A stretch of DNA of 63,892 bases, the filler included. It is 7 parts of 7 records of this genome, joined end to end, with 100 filler letters (N's around TTAATTAATTAA, not from the genome) between each part and the next. Parts side by side here need not be neighbours in the genome. Positions count along the whole stretch, not along the records: positions 58,202 to 63,892 come from SRR31156797_14339; 6 more parts are not named here. One strand, given 5' to 3'. Shown here one piece after another: positions 60,924 through 63,892 of the stretch (positions are counted from its first letter, which is position 1; each line of letters begins with the position of its first letter). The translations under genes and the position numbers were made by a program. The notes under the pieces are model-generated. The model saw only the letters and a program-made list of their open reading frames with translations. It ran no database searches and was not told the DNA's origin.

Positions 60924-61015
60924 TCGCCCTCGTCCTTTCATGTCAGCCGTTGAGCCATACCCACAACGGGAGTATGGTTTTTGTCGCGGGTCGTCATTTA
61001 ATGGATGGATGAGCC

Positions 61016-61516
61016 ATGAACACCGGAAACGACGACGCGTCCTGCCCGAAACTGGTCGATGAATTCTCGCTCGGCGAAAAGGTCCTGATGCAGGGCGGCC
61101 TGTACGGTGCCATCGCGGTCGGCGGCTATGGCATATACCGGGCCGAGCCGCTCTGGGCCTGGGTCTATCTGGTCTTTAGCGTGATCGGGTTCCTCGGGCC
61201 AGTGGTGGGTTTCCTTTGCGCCCGCTGCCCTTACCCCTACGCCCGCAAGACCTGCCTGTTCGCGCCATACCGGGTGGTGCCGCTGCTTTATGCCCACAAA
61301 TCCGCGCCGCTGCGCCTCTGGCAGAAGGTCGTGCTAATCGCCTTTTTCGCCGCCGTCCTGCTGATCCCGCTGCCGTGGCTGTGGGCGCAACCGCCGCTGC
61401 TTGCTTTGTTCCTGATTTTGGCCGTGCCGACCTATGGCGCCGTCCTGCTGCACTACTGCCCGCGCTGCCGCAACCGCGCCTGCCCCTTCAACCGGGCGCC
61501 CAGCCCGGCCGCTTGA
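61016..61516 (+). CDS. Cys-motif four-TM membrane protein
   Basis: Hydrophobic helices with CARCPY..C and CPRCRN.ACP motifs. Confidence 0.7.
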   Translation: MNTGNDDASCPKLVDEFSLGEKVLMQGGLYGAIAVGGYGIYRAEPLWAWVYLVFSVIGFLGPVVGFLCARCPYPYARKTCLFAPYRVVPLLYAHKSAPLRLWQKVVLIAFFAAVLLIPLPWLWAQPPLLALFLILAVPTYGAVLLHYCPRCRNRACPFNRAPSPAA

Positions 61517-61528
61517 CGGGGTCGCCGA

Positions 61529-62914
61529 TCAGTTCAGGAACCCGGTGGCCCGCGGCAGCCACAGAGCGAGATCCGGAAAGGCCAGGATCAGCCCCATGCC
61601 GACCAGTTGCAGCAACACGAAGGGGATGATGCCGCGATAAAGATGCATCATGTCCAAGGGCGCCGGCAGGATGCCGCGCATGCAAAAAAGCGTGAATCCG
61701 AACGGCGGCGTCAGGAAAGACGTCTGCAGGTTGACCGCCAGCAGGACCACGAACCAGCTCATAAACACCACCGGCAGGTTGGAACCGATATGATCGGTAA
61801 AATCGAGGCCGGCCAGCAGCGGCCCGAAGACGGGTAATACGATCAGGCTGATTTCGATCCAGTCGAAGAAAAAACCCAACAGGAAAACCATCGCCAGCAC
61901 CGAGATCAGGATCTCCCACGGCGTGTCCAGCCCGGCCGCCGCCATTACCTCCTTGACCAGGTCGTCACCGCCCAACGAGCGGAAAACATAGGCGAACAGG
62001 GTCGCCCCGCAAAACAGCAGGAAGACCATGGCGTTGGTCAACCCGGCTGATTCGATGATCTCGCGGATCGTCCGATTGTCGAGCTTGCCGCGCGCCGCCG
62101 CCAGCAGCAGCGCCCCGAACGAGCCGACGCCCGCCGCTTCCGTCGGCGTCGCCCAGCCGCCGAAGATCGATCCCAGGACCAGCACCACAAGGAAGATCGG
62201 CGGGAAGAAGCTTTTCAGGATCATCGCGACGAACTCGCCGAACCCACTGGGGCCGACGTCGGCCGGCAGGGCCGGCGCGTACTGCGGCCGCAAGGCCGAC
62301 AGGGTGCCGATATAGGCGAGGTAGAGGACCGCCAGCACCAGCCCCGGAATCAAGGCGGCGGCGAACAGCGCGCCGACCGACACCGTCAGCAGATCGCCCA
62401 TGACGACCAGCATGATCGACGGTGGGATCAGGATGCCGAGCGTGCCTGCGGACGCAATCGTGCCGGCCGCCAGTTCGCCCTTGTAACCGCGCTCCAGCAT
62501 CGCCGGCATGGCGATCAGAGTCAGCATGATGACAGAAGCGCCGACGATGCCCGTCGTCGCCGCCATGATCGTGCCCATCACCGTCACCGACATCGCCAGC
62601 CCGCCGGGCACGCGCCGGGTCAGCACCTGCAAACAGTACAGAAGCTCGTGTGCGATGCCGCTGCGTTCCAGCGCCGTGCCCATGAAAATGAACATCGGGA
62701 TGGCGACCAGCACCGGGTTGGAAGCCACCCCGCCCCAGATCCGCGGCAACAGATTGAAAAACTGGATCGGCAGGAAAACGTCCAACGTTATGCCGACAAC
62801 GCCGAACAGGATGCCGATGCCGCCCAGCACGAAACCGACCGGGAAGCCGCAGAACAAGGCAACGCCCAATACCGCGAACATGATCAGCGCCAGGTGATGG
62901 GCGAACCATTCCAT
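61529..62914 (-). CDS. dctM: TRAP transporter large permease
   Basis: LVAIPMFIFMG, GTLGILIPPSI, ATPTEAAG, TSFLTPPFG. Confidence 0.93.
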   Translation of the reverse strand: MEWFAHHLALIMFAVLGVALFCGFPVGFVLGGIGILFGVVGITLDVFLPIQFFNLLPRIWGGVASNPVLVAIPMFIFMGTALERSGIAHELLYCLQVLTRRVPGGLAMSVTVMGTIMAATTGIVGASVIMLTLIAMPAMLERGYKGELAAGTIASAGTLGILIPPSIMLVVMGDLLTVSVGALFAAALIPGLVLAVLYLAYIGTLSALRPQYAPALPADVGPSGFGEFVAMILKSFFPPIFLVVLVLGSIFGGWATPTEAAGVGSFGALLLAAARGKLDNRTIREIIESAGLTNAMVFLLFCGATLFAYVFRSLGGDDLVKEVMAAAGLDTPWEILISVLAMVFLLGFFFDWIEISLIVLPVFGPLLAGLDFTDHIGSNLPVVFMSWFVVLLAVNLQTSFLTPPFGFTLFCMRGILPAPLDMMHLYRGIIPFVLLQLVGMGLILAFPDLALWLPRATGFLN

Positions 62915-62917
62915 GGC

Positions 62918-63490
62918 CTACTCCGCGGCCCGGCTCTTGACGCCGGCAAAGGCGCTGCGTTGACGCAGGCTTTCCGGGCCGAAGAGGAAGACGAGCGATC
63001 TGAGAAGGACGGAAAAGACGGCGGCAAGCAGCAGCAGAAATCCGATCGCCAGTACGCCTTTGGCGATGAAGCGGTACGGCAGGCCGGAGGCGGAAACCGA
63101 TGCCTCGTTCTTGATCCAGGCAATCCAGGCATAGTCGACGCCGAAATAGAGCGCCACCAGGCAATAGGGCAGCGCGAAAGCGAAACACCCGAATATCTCC
63201 AGCCAGGCATGGGTGCGCAGGCCCGCCCCCCTGAGCGCGACGTCGATGCGCACATGGGCGTTCCTGACATAGGCCATGCCCAGCCAGAACGAGAAAATGG
63301 CGGTATGCAGGTGCCATTCCAGCTCCTGCAGGCGGGTCGAGCCGAAACCGGGAAGCTGGTAGCCGAACTTGCGGCTGACTACGTCGAAACAGATGACGCC
63401 GGTGCAGATGATAAAAATCCAGCCGGCGGCGAGTGCAGTTCGCTCGATGACCCAATCGATCGCGTCACTCGCCGCCAGCATCCGGTGCAT
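62918..63490 (-). CDS. dctQ: TRAP transporter small permease
   Basis: Four TM helices, LQELEWHL, HVRIDV. Confidence 0.9.
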   Translation of the reverse strand: MHRMLAASDAIDWVIERTALAAGWIFIICTGVICFDVVSRKFGYQLPGFGSTRLQELEWHLHTAIFSFWLGMAYVRNAHVRIDVALRGAGLRTHAWLEIFGCFAFALPYCLVALYFGVDYAWIAWIKNEASVSASGLPYRFIAKGVLAIGFLLLLAAVFSVLLRSLVFLFGPESLRQRSAFAGVKSRAAE

Positions 63491-63534
63491 GTTAGTCAGT
63501 TCCTATCGCCGGCCCCTTGGTCGGGGCACGTATG

Positions 63535-63892
63535 CTATTTCAGATAGGCGTGGTCCTTCCAAACCTTGTAGTCGGCGCGGAAGGCCGCATAGGAATCATA
63601 CACCTTTTTGAAGCTCGGGTTTTTGGCCCTTTCCTCGGCGACGACCTCGTTCCAGGCTTTCTCGAAGGTGTCCAGCATCGACTGCGGCCAGACCTTGATC
63701 TGGACGCCGGCGGCCTTCATTTCGTTCAGAGCCTTGCCCTGGATCGCCTCGCCCAGCGAGATGCCTTCGCGCAACTGGTCGGCGCAGGACAGTTCAAGCG
63801 CCGCCTTGTGCTTTTCGGCCAGGCCGTTCCACTTGTCGAGGTTGACGTAGACATCGAACAAAGTCGCCTGCTGATGCCAGCCGGGGAAGTAG
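63535..63892 (-). CDS. dctP: TRAP substrate-binding protein, 3' part
   Basis: YFPGWHQ, VN.DKW..L, FKKVYDS; upstream of dctQM; cut at the window edge. Confidence 0.88.
   Translation of the reverse strand, partial: YFPGWHQQATLFDVYVNLDKWNGLAEKHKAALELSCADQLREGISLGEAIQGKALNEMKAAGVQIKVWPQSMLDTFEKAWNEVVAEERAKNPSFKKVYDSYAAFRADYKVWKDHAYLK

Noticed and set aside
1-63892. CRISPR arrays, rRNA, intact transposases, integrases or phage structural genes
   Set aside because: No regularly spaced repeat-spacer series or diagnostic motifs were found by eye.

Overview
The window is not one locus. It is seven unrelated contig fragments joined by artificial 100-nt linkers (44 N + TTAATTAATTAA + 44 N), and all taxon assignments are inferred from composition, gene content and gene order. 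(1) 1-8175: AT-rich, Arcobacter-like; ilvC start, sensor kinase with a ModA-like protein, rnr, GT4, holA, rpsF start. (2) 8276-26961: AT-rich, Arcobacter-like; diguanylate cyclase, intact and decayed toxin-antitoxin modules, dinB, PAS kinase, SelO, SF2 helicase, SRAP, GPx. (3) 27062-36179: GC-rich, spirochaete-like LacI-controlled sugar ABC/catabolic operon. (4) 36280-42422: Fusobacteriota-like frr-uppS-cdsA-dxr-PAP2-tmk-rseP. (5) 42523-52957: Desulfobacterales-like; lon, pilD, cheX, HU, PilZ, sbcB, rpsI/rplM, a four-gene peptidoglycan/bactofilin operon, ruvB. (6) 53058-58101: probably Planctomycetota; REP-like element, orphans, Tat-nitroreductase-dockerin protein, tRNA-Gly 3' end. (7) 58202-63892: alphaproteobacterial; uvrB, an AT-rich OLD-family nuclease islet, TRAP transporter. 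Best leads: a Csd6/Pgp2-like + membrane protein + Csd4/Pgp1-like + bactofilin operon in a deltaproteobacterium; an integrase-free OLD nuclease islet bracketed by two synonymous variants of the uvrB 3' end; a duplicated 55-bp toxin-antitoxin promoter/operator with compensatory changes; and a secreted tandem-nitroreductase-dockerin protein. No CRISPR array or rRNA was seen.
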